A stretch of DNA of 64,000 bases. It comes from Pseudoduganella sp. GTDB lineage: Bacteria; Pseudomonadota; Gammaproteobacteria; Burkholderiales; Burkholderiaceae_D. A program made the translations under genes and the position numbers. Below the pieces are notes generated by a model that had not been told where the DNA came from, searched no databases, and saw only the letters and a list, made by a program, of their open reading frames with translations. The stretch covers positions 25,039-89,038 of the forward strand of contig JBCNPK010000011.1 of NCBI GenBank assembly GCA_039593355.1, given 5' to 3'. Positions 53,724-61,372 of the stretch are shown piece after piece (position 1 is the first letter of the stretch; every line of letters starts with the position of its first letter).

Positions 53724-54893
53724 TCAGCGCCTGTTCCTGATCGGTACGGGCAGCTCGGAGGCCGGGATTTCGCGCACCAGCTCGAGCAGGTCCCATTCGC
53801 TTTTCTGGTCCTTCTTGATGCGGAAGTGGTACATCGGCTGCATGGCCTGGTGGTCTTGCTTGCGGAAGCGCATTTTTCCTTTCGGCGTGTCGAATTCCAT
53901 GCCCTCCATGGCGGCGATCATCTTCTGGGTGTTGCCGCCGCCGGTCCTGGCGAGGGCGGTGTAGACGGCGCTGGCCGCCGTGAAGCCGCCGGCTGTGAAC
54001 ATGTCCGGCGGTTTGTTGTAGCGCTTCATGTGCTCGGCCACGAACCAGTCGTTCATGACGTTCCTGGGGAAGCCGTAGTAGTAATAGATCGTCCCTTCGG
54101 TGCCGGCGAAGGCTTTCCATGTTTTCAGCACCGGCAGGATATTGCCGCCCGGGGCCAGCGTGATGCCATACCGTTCCGGCTTCATGTCGGCGATCTTGTT
54201 CATGGGGTTGGGTCCGGCCCAGATGATCTGCAGCACGCGCGGCGGCGGCGCGTCCTTCAGCTTGTCGAACAGGCGCTGGGCCGAGGCGGTGAAGTCGGTC
54301 GCGTTCTGCGGCGCGTATTCCTCGTGCACGACGTTGGCTTTGGAGCCGGTCAGCCTGAGCGCCTCGCGCGCGGCGGCCACGGCGTCCTTGCCGAAAGCGT
54401 AGTCCTGCGCCAGGAAGGCCACGCTGCCTTGCTTGAAGGTGGAGGCGGCCGCCAGGCCATCCTGCATGGAATTGCGGGCAGTGCGGAAGATGTACTTGTT
54501 CCACTTGGCGCCCGTGATCGCGTCGGCCACGGCCGGCTCGACAAGCAGTATTTTCTTGTATTCCGCCGCGATGGGCAGCATGGCGATAGCCGAGCCGGAG
54601 GAAGTGGTGCCGACCGCGATGTCGACCTTGTCGTCCTCGTAGGCTTCGGCCAGCAGGGCGCGGCCCTGGTCAGGCTTGCTCTGGTCGTCCTTGACGATGA
54701 CCTTCAGCTTGCGGCCGTTGATTTCCATCTTGCCGCCGGTGAGGTATTCAAGGCCCATCATGAATCCGGTCTCGGTTTCCCTTGCGTAGGGTTCGAGGAT
54801 GCCGGTCTTGCCGGCGATGAGCGCAACCTTCAGGTCCTGGGCCGCGGCCAGCGTGCAGGCCAGCGCAAGCACCAGGGGCAACAGTTTTCTCAT
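53724..54893 (-). CDS. Liv-type periplasmic substrate-binding protein
   Basis: Start at ATG 54893. Signal MRKLLPLVLALACTLAAAQ followed by a Peripla_BP_6-like body (LKVALIAGKTGILEPY...). The ligand cannot be inferred. Confidence 0.8.
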   Translation of the reverse strand: MRKLLPLVLALACTLAAAQDLKVALIAGKTGILEPYARETETGFMMGLEYLTGGKMEINGRKLKVIVKDDQSKPDQGRALLAEAYEDDKVDIAVGTTSSGSAIAMLPIAAEYKKILLVEPAVADAITGAKWNKYIFRTARNSMQDGLAAASTFKQGSVAFLAQDYAFGKDAVAAAREALRLTGSKANVVHEEYAPQNATDFTASAQRLFDKLKDAPPPRVLQIIWAGPNPMNKIADMKPERYGITLAPGGNILPVLKTWKAFAGTEGTIYYYYGFPRNVMNDWFVAEHMKRYNKPPDMFTAGGFTAASAVYTALARTGGGNTQKMIAAMEGMEFDTPKGKMRFRKQDHQAMQPMYHFRIKKDQKSEWDLLELVREIPASELPVPIRNRR

Positions 54894-54894
54894 A

Positions 54895-55761
54895 TCAGTC
54901 AACGCTATCGAGGAAGCTGCGCAGCGCTTCCTGCGCTGCTGGTTCGGACAGCATCGGCGCATGGCCGACATCGGGTACCTCAGCATACAGCATGCCCGGC
55001 GCGGCGGCGCGCATGGCGTTCGCCTGGGCCGGCTCGATCAGGTCCGATAGTGCGCCGCGTATCAGCATGGTCGGGCGGCGCCGCGCCAGGCGGCGGAAAG
55101 CGAAGTGCGCCGCCATCGACGTGGAGCGCAGCTTGTTGGCGCGGATCGGCACGGCGATGTTCGGGTCGTAGCGCATGGCCAGCGTGCCATCGCTTTGCTC
55201 GCGGAAGGCGCGGTGCGCCCAGCGCGCCCATTCCTGCGCCGTGTTGGCGGGAAAGGCGACGCTGTTGATGCTGCTGATGTAGTCGGCGGCCTGCTGCCAG
55301 CTGGTGAACTGCTCGCCCTTGCCGGTATAGCTGCGAATGCGCGACAGTCCGCGTTCGGACAAGGTCGGGCCCACGTCATTCAGGACGGCGGCGGCGACCA
55401 GGCTGGATTTGCGCAGGGCCAGGGTCATGGTGATCAGGCCGCCCATCGAGGTGCCGATGAAGACGGCACGCTCGATGCCCAGGTCGTTCGCCAACTTGAC
55501 CACGTCGTTGGCGTACACCATGGTGGTGTAGTGCTCCGGCTTGCGATCGTATTCGGAATTGCCGCGGCCCCGCACGTCGACGGCGATCACGCGGCGGCCC
55601 TGCGCGGCGAGCCATGGCGCGACGTCCTCAAAGTCGGCGGAGTTGCGCGTCAGGCCGTGGATGCAGATCACGGGCAGGCGCGCCGGTCCGCTGGCGGCGG
55701 GATAGTCGCGTGCATAAAGGCGCAGGCCATCGTCGCTGGTGTAGCTGATCTCGGAATACAT
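54895..55761 (-). CDS. alpha/beta hydrolase, first gene of the ABC operon
   Basis: Start at ATG 55761. Contains PVICIHGLTRNSADF and the nucleophile elbow GTSMGG. Its stop lies 1 nt before the binding-protein ATG (TGATATG). Confidence 0.8.
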   Translation of the reverse strand: MYSEISYTSDDGLRLYARDYPAASGPARLPVICIHGLTRNSADFEDVAPWLAAQGRRVIAVDVRGRGNSEYDRKPEHYTTMVYANDVVKLANDLGIERAVFIGTSMGGLITMTLALRKSSLVAAAVLNDVGPTLSERGLSRIRSYTGKGEQFTSWQQAADYISSINSVAFPANTAQEWARWAHRAFREQSDGTLAMRYDPNIAVPIRANKLRSTSMAAHFAFRRLARRRPTMLIRGALSDLIEPAQANAMRAAAPGMLYAEVPDVGHAPMLSEPAAQEALRSFLDSVD

Positions 55762-55794
55762 GGTCCTCGTAGGCAGCGTTGCAGGAGCCTGCAG

Positions 55795-55890
55795 TGTGCA
55801 AGAAATGCATCGGACACGGAACCGGCGGCGACGCCCACCGTGTGTGCAATTTTGCACAGCTGCACAAGAGAGGCCGAAAATGATGCACAA
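55795..55890. promoter_or_regulatory. divergent control region with a 16-bp palindrome TGTGCAATTTTGCACA and four further TGTGCA/TGCACA half-sites
   Basis: Perfect 7-2-7 inverted repeat at 55843-55858. TGTGCAAGAAATGCAT lies at 55795-55810, and TGCACAA at 55861-55867 and 55884-55890. The region lies between the hydrolase ATG (55761, minus) and the LysR ATG (55899, plus). Confidence 0.6.
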
Positions 55891-55898
55891 TAGGCCGC

Positions 55899-56801
55899 AT
55901 GAAAACACTGCCCGAATGGACCGACCTGCGCTTCTTCCTGGAGCTGGCGCGCTCCGGTACCCTGTCCGGCGCCTCGCGCCGGCTGGAAGTGGAGCACACC
56001 ACCGTATCGCGCCGTATCGACCGCCTGGAGCAGCAGCTGGGCGCCACCCTGTTCGACCGCTCGCGCGAGGGGTATGAGCTGACGGAGATGGGGCACGCGG
56101 TGCTGCCGCACGCGGAGGCGATGGAAAGCGCCGTGCTGGCGGCCCAGGGCCAGTTATCCGGCACCGAGGTCGCCATCCGCGGCGTGGTGCGCCTTGGCGT
56201 GCCGGAAGCGCTGGGCGTGCGTTTCATCACGCCGTTGCTGGCGCAATTCCTGCAGGATTATCCCGAACTTTCGGTCGACCTGCTGGTGCAGCCGCGCTTT
56301 GCCAACCTGGCCAGCCGCGAGGCCGACCTGGGCGTGACGCTGGATGCGCCCAACACGGGCCGCTACATGGTCACGCGGCTGACGTCCTTCCGGCTTTACG
56401 TGTACGGCTCGCCGGACTACCTGGCGCGGCACGCGCCGATCCTGAAGCGCAGCGACCTGGCGGGCCACGATTTCGTCGACTACGTGCAGGACCGCCTGGC
56501 CAGCAACGAGCTGAACTTCCTCGATGAACTGGGGGTCAATCCGCGCCGCCGCCTGTGCTGCACCGGCATGCTGGCGCAGGCCGAGGCGGCGGCGGCGGGC
56601 CTGGGACTGATGATGGCGCCGCCCTACATGGCGACCGATGGCCGCCTGGTGCCGGTGCTGCAGGATGAAGTCTTCGTGGAGCGCGCCTACTGGCTGGTGG
56701 CCCCGGTCGACTTGTACAGGCTGCCCCGTGTGCGCGCCGTCTGGAACCTGCTGCGCCAGTTCGCCGAATCGCGCTCCAGCCTGTTTATTTCGAATAAGTG
56801 A
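55899..56801 (+). CDS. LysR family transcriptional regulator
   Basis: N-terminal HTH LRFFLELARSGTLSGASRRLEVEHTTVSRRIDRLEQQLG plus a LysR substrate-binding domain. It is divergent from the hydrolase-ABC operon. Confidence 0.85.
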   Translation: MKTLPEWTDLRFFLELARSGTLSGASRRLEVEHTTVSRRIDRLEQQLGATLFDRSREGYELTEMGHAVLPHAEAMESAVLAAQGQLSGTEVAIRGVVRLGVPEALGVRFITPLLAQFLQDYPELSVDLLVQPRFANLASREADLGVTLDAPNTGRYMVTRLTSFRLYVYGSPDYLARHAPILKRSDLAGHDFVDYVQDRLASNELNFLDELGVNPRRRLCCTGMLAQAEAAAAGLGLMMAPPYMATDGRLVPVLQDEVFVERAYWLVAPVDLYRLPRVRAVWNLLRQFAESRSSLFISNK

Positions 56802-57295
56802 GGCAGGTCGGCGCCGATATCGATCCGGTGCAGTTCCGGCGCGGCGGTGTCGGGCAGGGCCGCACCGGTCGCCAGCGCGTGCAGGATGGGCGCGGGGTCG
56901 TAGCTCCAGTCCACACAGTAGCGGCAAGGGTCGCCGTCGCGCACCTTCATCAGCGCCAGTTCGAACTGCGACACCGAGACGACCAGCGGATCGTCATGCC
57001 CGGCCAGGAATTCGAGGAAGGCCAGCGGCTGATATTCGCGGAAAGGCGAGATATTCTGCTCCCGTATGAACGCTTCCAGCGCTTCGTCCAGCAGCGCGCC
57101 CTGGCGCAGCAACTCCACCGTCAGCACGCAGGTGCGCTCGAGGACGTAATACCGCCACAGGTGGACGTTGCCGCGCGCTTCCTTCAGGTCGACCGAGGTG
57201 GCCACGCGATGGTAATACGGCGCATCGTCGGCGCCAGGCTGGTAGGTGTCGCGCATCAGGCCAAGCAGGATGCGCTGGTGGTTGCCAAGGTCCAT
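56687..57295 (-). CDS. MNIO partner protein, DUF2063-like (family assignment tentative)
   Basis: ATG 57295 is preceded by a GGAGG embedded in the last codons of the DUF692 gene. It has a DUF2063-like pattern: LWRYYVLERTCVLTVELL...ISPFREYQPLAFLEFLAGHDDPLVVSVSQFELALMKV. Its 3' end overlaps the convergent LysR gene by 115 nt. Confidence 0.6.
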   Translation of the reverse strand: MDLGNHQRILLGLMRDTYQPGADDAPYYHRVATSVDLKEARGNVHLWRYYVLERTCVLTVELLRQGALLDEALEAFIREQNISPFREYQPLAFLEFLAGHDDPLVVSVSQFELALMKVRDGDPCRYCVDWSYDPAPILHALATGAALPDTAAPELHRIDIGADLPHLFEINRLERDSANWRSRFQTARTRGSLYKSTGATSQ

Positions 57296-57297
57296 TC

Positions 57298-58179
57298 TTA
57301 CCTCCATTCGCGTTGCCGCATCTGCCGCAAGGTGTCGGCGATGGCGGCGTGACCCAGGCCGGGAACGGCTTCGGGCATGAATTCGTACACGATCGCTTCC
57401 GCCTCGGTGGCGATGTCGCGCAGCACCTGCTGCGCCAGGTCCATGGTGCAGGGGCGCGGCAAGCGCGAATGCACGTCCAGCATCAGGCCATTGTGCTGCA
57501 CCCCGCAGGCCACGTGCAGCTCGCGCACGTGGCTGCCGTCCAGCTCCGCCAGGAAAGCCTGGATGTCGAGCGCATGGTTGTGCTCATCGCATTCGAGGTT
57601 GTAGACGTCCAGGATCAAGCCGCAGCCGCTGTCGGCCGCGATGGCGTTGAGAAAGCCGGCGTCGCTGTAGTCGGCCGGGCAGTCGGGCACCACGTGCACG
57701 ATGTTCTCCAGCAGGAAGGGCAGGCCGTAGCGCTGCTGCAGGCACCAGGCCCGCTGCGCCACCAGTTCGGCCGCCTGCTCGGTGCGCGGCATGGCCAACA
57801 TGATGCCGAGGTGCTCACCATCGACCCGCGTGTAGCCCAGATGCTCGCTGTGCCAGCGTACGCGCACCTGGTCCATCAGATCGTCCAGCAGGCGCAGGTA
57901 GGTTGGCGACCAGCCGTCGTGCGAACCGATGGACAGGCTGACGCCGTGCACCACGATGGTTTTGTCGCGGTCGATGTTCTTCAATTCGGAAACGATGGCC
58001 GGGTCCAGGAAGATCCGCTCACCATCGGCGATCGACATGGTCTCCGGGGTCACCTCGATGATGTCCGCGTGTGGCAGCATCATTTCCAGCAACACCGGAT
58101 CGCGTCCCTCGTAGCTGACGCCCACACCCGGTTGCGGGCGTGGGTCGGCAGACAACAATTTAGCCGAAGACGGTTTCAT
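57298..58179 (-). CDS. DUF692 family multinuclear non-heme iron-dependent oxidative enzyme (MNIO; MbnB/TglH/BufB superfamily)
   Basis: 293 aa with DUF692 blocks: GVGVSYEG, VVHGVSLSIGS, RWHSEHLGY, PFLLENIV, GLILDVYNLECDEHNH and RELHVACG. Confidence 0.8.
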   Translation of the reverse strand: MKPSSAKLLSADPRPQPGVGVSYEGRDPVLLEMMLPHADIIEVTPETMSIADGERIFLDPAIVSELKNIDRDKTIVVHGVSLSIGSHDGWSPTYLRLLDDLMDQVRVRWHSEHLGYTRVDGEHLGIMLAMPRTEQAAELVAQRAWCLQQRYGLPFLLENIVHVVPDCPADYSDAGFLNAIAADSGCGLILDVYNLECDEHNHALDIQAFLAELDGSHVRELHVACGVQHNGLMLDVHSRLPRPCTMDLAQQVLRDIATEAEAIVYEFMPEAVPGLGHAAIADTLRQMRQREWR

Positions 58180-58423
58180 GCTGGATTACCGCGCCTTCGA
58201 TATGCGGCACCTCGCGCAGCACGCGGCCGATGGCCGGATCGCCCCGCAGGAAACTCAGGTCGAAACCTGTCAGGCCGCAGTTGCAGCCACCCTTGGGCAC
58301 CATCTGGGCCACGGCGATATCGAGGGCCCGGTGCAATTCTTCCAGGGTGACCTTGCCTTCGCTGACGACGATCTTGATGTGGTTATTCTTGGTTTGGGTA
58401 TGGCGCATGCTCAGTTCTTCCAT
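58160..58423 (-). CDS. small Cys-containing protein, candidate MNIO substrate/precursor (87 aa)
   Basis: GGAG lies 6 nt upstream of ATG 58423. MEELSMRHTQTKNNHIKIVVSEGKVTLEELHRALDIAVAQMVPKGGCNCGLTGFDLSFLRGDPAIGRVLREVPHIEGAVIQHETVFG. It has no signal peptide. The MNIO ATG lies inside its last 7 codons. Confidence 0.55.
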   Translation of the reverse strand: MEELSMRHTQTKNNHIKIVVSEGKVTLEELHRALDIAVAQMVPKGGCNCGLTGFDLSFLRGDPAIGRVLREVPHIEGAVIQHETVFG

Positions 58424-58574
58424 GACGTTCTCCAGTTGGTCCGTTGGTGAACAAGGGCGGGTGGGCTGGACCAGGCGGTAAACCGCGCCCCGGGGCTTTG
58501 CATGGGTGTCACTTTATGCCCCCGGAGTGCGTGGCGAATTGGTACTGGCACCCAGATTCCGGGCCGCCCAGCAC

Positions 58575-61217
58575 CTAGTTTTTATGCAGTGAAGCGGGCG
58601 GGCGGCGCAGCAGGTCGATGCGGGTGCTGGCCCCCATCTTGCCGAGCAGGGTGGAAACGTGGTGTTCGACCGTACGTTCGGAACGGCACAGGCGCTGGGC
58701 GATTTCGAGGTTGCTGAGGCCTTCCAGCAGCAATTCCAGCACCTGGGCTTCGCGGCGCGTCAGGCCGCTCGGGTGTTCGCGCGCTGCCGCGTAGGGGCCG
58801 CGGCGCGGTTTGGGCAACTGGGCTTGCGCGCCGCAGTCCCGCGCCCGTTGGCGCGCCATGGCAGCCGCCGGGGCCGCGCCGATCTGCTCCAGCAGGGCGA
58901 CGGCTTTCGGCATGGCCTGCGCCGCCGCGTCGCCCGGAATGTCGAGCAGGGCCAGCGCCGCCTCGAAGGGTAGTCCCAGGGCCAGCCACGCGTCGCAGGC
59001 AGCCTGGCCGCGCCCGGACAATTCGGCGGCGCGCGGAGGTGGTGGCGGATGTTCGCATTCCGGCAGGAGCGCCACCGAGGCACGGCGCTGCCAGGAGCAG
59101 ACTTCGGCCAGGTCCCAGGCATTCACGCCCGAAAAGTCGAATTGGGCGGCCTCGTCCAGCCAACGGCGGCAGCCATCGATGTCCTGCGCCTGCCACGCCG
59201 CTTCGACCATGGCCAGCAACACCGGCAGCAGACGTTGCGATTCGCCGGTGGCGCGCGCCCATTGCAAGGCTTCCTGAAGGCAGCGCGGCGCTTCCGCATC
59301 GCCCTGGCGCGACAGTGTGCGGCCCAGCACCGTCAGCGCCGGCAGGCGCATCACGAGGCTCAGGTCGGGCAGGGCGAGGACCTGGCGCGCCAGCGCGGCC
59401 GCCGCGGCGAATTCGCCCTTGTCGAGGTGGAGCTGCGCCTGCCAGCCGGTCAGGTAATGCACCCAGGCGTCCAGCTCATGTTCGCGGTGATAGGCCAGGC
59501 CTTCGGCCAGCAGGCGCCCGGCCAGTGCAAACTGTTTGAACACGACGGCATATTCGACCCAGTTGCTGTAAATGCGCGCCGCGTGTTCGTGCAGGTGCTG
59601 CGCCAGCGCGCATTGCAGGCCCTCCCCGAGTTCCCGCTGGCCGCTCGCATCGCCCAGGAACAGCTTGGCGCTGCCGATATTGGTGAGGGCATGCACCCGC
59701 GTGTCATGGTCGTCCAGTGTAGTCGCCAGCTCCAGCGCGAGGCGGCCCCATTCGATGGCGGAAGCCGGATGGTTCTGCAGCAGCTGGTGCTGGGAGCGCA
59801 TGCTGTACGCCATGGCCAGCTCCTTGCTGTTGGGGAGCTGCTCGAGCGTGTGGATCGCTTCCAGGCCGTAGTGCTCCGCCTCTCTCGATTCGCCGCGGTA
59901 CCAATAGGTGCGCGCCAGCCAGCGCAGGTTCAGCCCGACCTTATCCGGCCGGTCCACGCTCTGCCAGAGCGCGATGGCTTGCTTGCGCGCCTCGATCAGG
60001 CGCTCGTCGATGCGCAACAGGCCCGCCTCGTAGGCCCAGTCTTCATAAAGCTGGGCGGCTTCCCCGGTCCAGCTGACGGCATCCACGAACTGCAGGGCGC
60101 TGGCCAGGTGGGCCGCCGCCTGGCGGTGGGCGCCAAGCCGCGCGGCCTGGCGCGCCGCGCGCGGCGCCAGTTGCAGCACCATGTGCGCATCCTGCGCCCC
60201 GGTGGCGTGGTGCACCAGGCGCGCCAGTTCCACCTTTGCATGGCTGGGCGCCTGTTCGGTCAGCGCCTTGCACAGGCGCTTGTGCAGGGCGCGCGAAGCG
60301 GCAGGGCGCAGCCCGTTCAGCACTGCCTGGCGCGCCAGCTCGTGACGGAACGACAGGTTGCCGGGGCTGGCCCGCTGCAGCAGGCCGCTATCGACGCTGC
60401 CGTCGATGGCGTCATGACCATGGTCGCCCAGCAGGGCTTCCAGCAGCCATTCTTCCAGCGCGACGGGACTGACGCTGACCAGTTCCAGCACAGTGCGCAC
60501 CGGCGCCGCCAGGCGCGACATGCGCGCCCACACCGCGTCGCGCACCGAAGCCGGCAAGTGGCCGGGCGTACTGTCGCAATCCGCCAACAGTTCGGACAGG
60601 AAGAATGGATTGCCGCCGGTGACGCGGTATAGCTCCACGGGATCGCAGGGCGCGTTGCGCGCAAGCGTGGCGACGGCTTGCGGCGACAGCGGCGGCAGGG
60701 CGATGCGCTGGGTGCTGGCGGCAGGCAAGTCGCCGGCCCAGCGCCAGAAGGCATGGTCGGGCGGCAGTTCATCATTGCGCACGCTGGCCAGCAGCAGGAT
60801 GCGCTGGCTTGAAATCCGCCGCGCCAGGTATTTGAGCAGGTCAAGCGTGGCCTGGTCGGCCCAGTGCAAGTCTTCGCACAGCACCAGGACGGGACGCTGC
60901 TGCGACGCCAGGCGGCCCAGCAGCAAGGGCATCAGCTGGTCGGCGCTGGCGGCATTGTCGATGGCGCAGACGATGTCCTGGCCGAGTTCGTGGGCGAAGT
61001 CGCGCAGGGGGCCGAGGACGCGCGGTGTGGACAGGTCTTCACAGGCGCCTTGCAGGACCAGGAAGCGGTCGCGCAGCGGCGCAGCAAAGGCTTGCAGCAA
61101 GGAAGATTTGCCAATGCCGGCTTCGCCCAGCACAAGCGCCATGCCGCCCACGCCGGAGCCGGCACGGCTGGCAAGCCGCTGAAGTATGTCCAACTCCCTT
61201 TCGCGCTCGAGCAGCAT
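58575..61217 (-). CDS. LAL-type LuxR family regulator (AAA ATPase - TPR-like - LuxR HTH)
   Basis: 880 aa. N-terminal P-loop GEAGIGKSSLL, a long helical repeat region, and a C-terminal LuxR HTH LTRREAQVLELLLEGLSNLEIAQRLCRSERTVEHHVSTLLGKMG. Confidence 0.85.
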   Translation of the reverse strand: MLLERERELDILQRLASRAGSGVGGMALVLGEAGIGKSSLLQAFAAPLRDRFLVLQGACEDLSTPRVLGPLRDFAHELGQDIVCAIDNAASADQLMPLLLGRLASQQRPVLVLCEDLHWADQATLDLLKYLARRISSQRILLLASVRNDELPPDHAFWRWAGDLPAASTQRIALPPLSPQAVATLARNAPCDPVELYRVTGGNPFFLSELLADCDSTPGHLPASVRDAVWARMSRLAAPVRTVLELVSVSPVALEEWLLEALLGDHGHDAIDGSVDSGLLQRASPGNLSFRHELARQAVLNGLRPAASRALHKRLCKALTEQAPSHAKVELARLVHHATGAQDAHMVLQLAPRAARQAARLGAHRQAAAHLASALQFVDAVSWTGEAAQLYEDWAYEAGLLRIDERLIEARKQAIALWQSVDRPDKVGLNLRWLARTYWYRGESREAEHYGLEAIHTLEQLPNSKELAMAYSMRSQHQLLQNHPASAIEWGRLALELATTLDDHDTRVHALTNIGSAKLFLGDASGQRELGEGLQCALAQHLHEHAARIYSNWVEYAVVFKQFALAGRLLAEGLAYHREHELDAWVHYLTGWQAQLHLDKGEFAAAAALARQVLALPDLSLVMRLPALTVLGRTLSRQGDAEAPRCLQEALQWARATGESQRLLPVLLAMVEAAWQAQDIDGCRRWLDEAAQFDFSGVNAWDLAEVCSWQRRASVALLPECEHPPPPPRAAELSGRGQAACDAWLALGLPFEAALALLDIPGDAAAQAMPKAVALLEQIGAAPAAAMARQRARDCGAQAQLPKPRRGPYAAAREHPSGLTRREAQVLELLLEGLSNLEIAQRLCRSERTVEHHVSTLLGKMGASTRIDLLRRPPASLHKN

Positions 61218-61291
61218 CTGGCTCTCCTCACTGCCATCATAAGCCTGTCAGCGCGAAAAAAATCTCACCAATCGTAACGAATATTGGGGGT

Positions 61292-61357
61292 CTTGAAAAA
61301 GGGGACGTAACACATTTTTCAACCCATGGAAAAATGTGTTACGTCCCCTTTTTCAAG
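61292..61357. repeat. 66-bp palindrome with the AAAAAGGGGACGTA core; terminator-like element between the receptor and the LuxR gene
   Basis: CTTGAAAAAGGGGACGTAACACATTTTTC-AACCCATG-GAAAAATGTGTTACGTCCCCTTTTTCAAG. It has the same core as 42359-42423 but a different centre. Confidence 0.8.
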
Positions 61358-61372
61358 GCCCCGAATTTCCTT

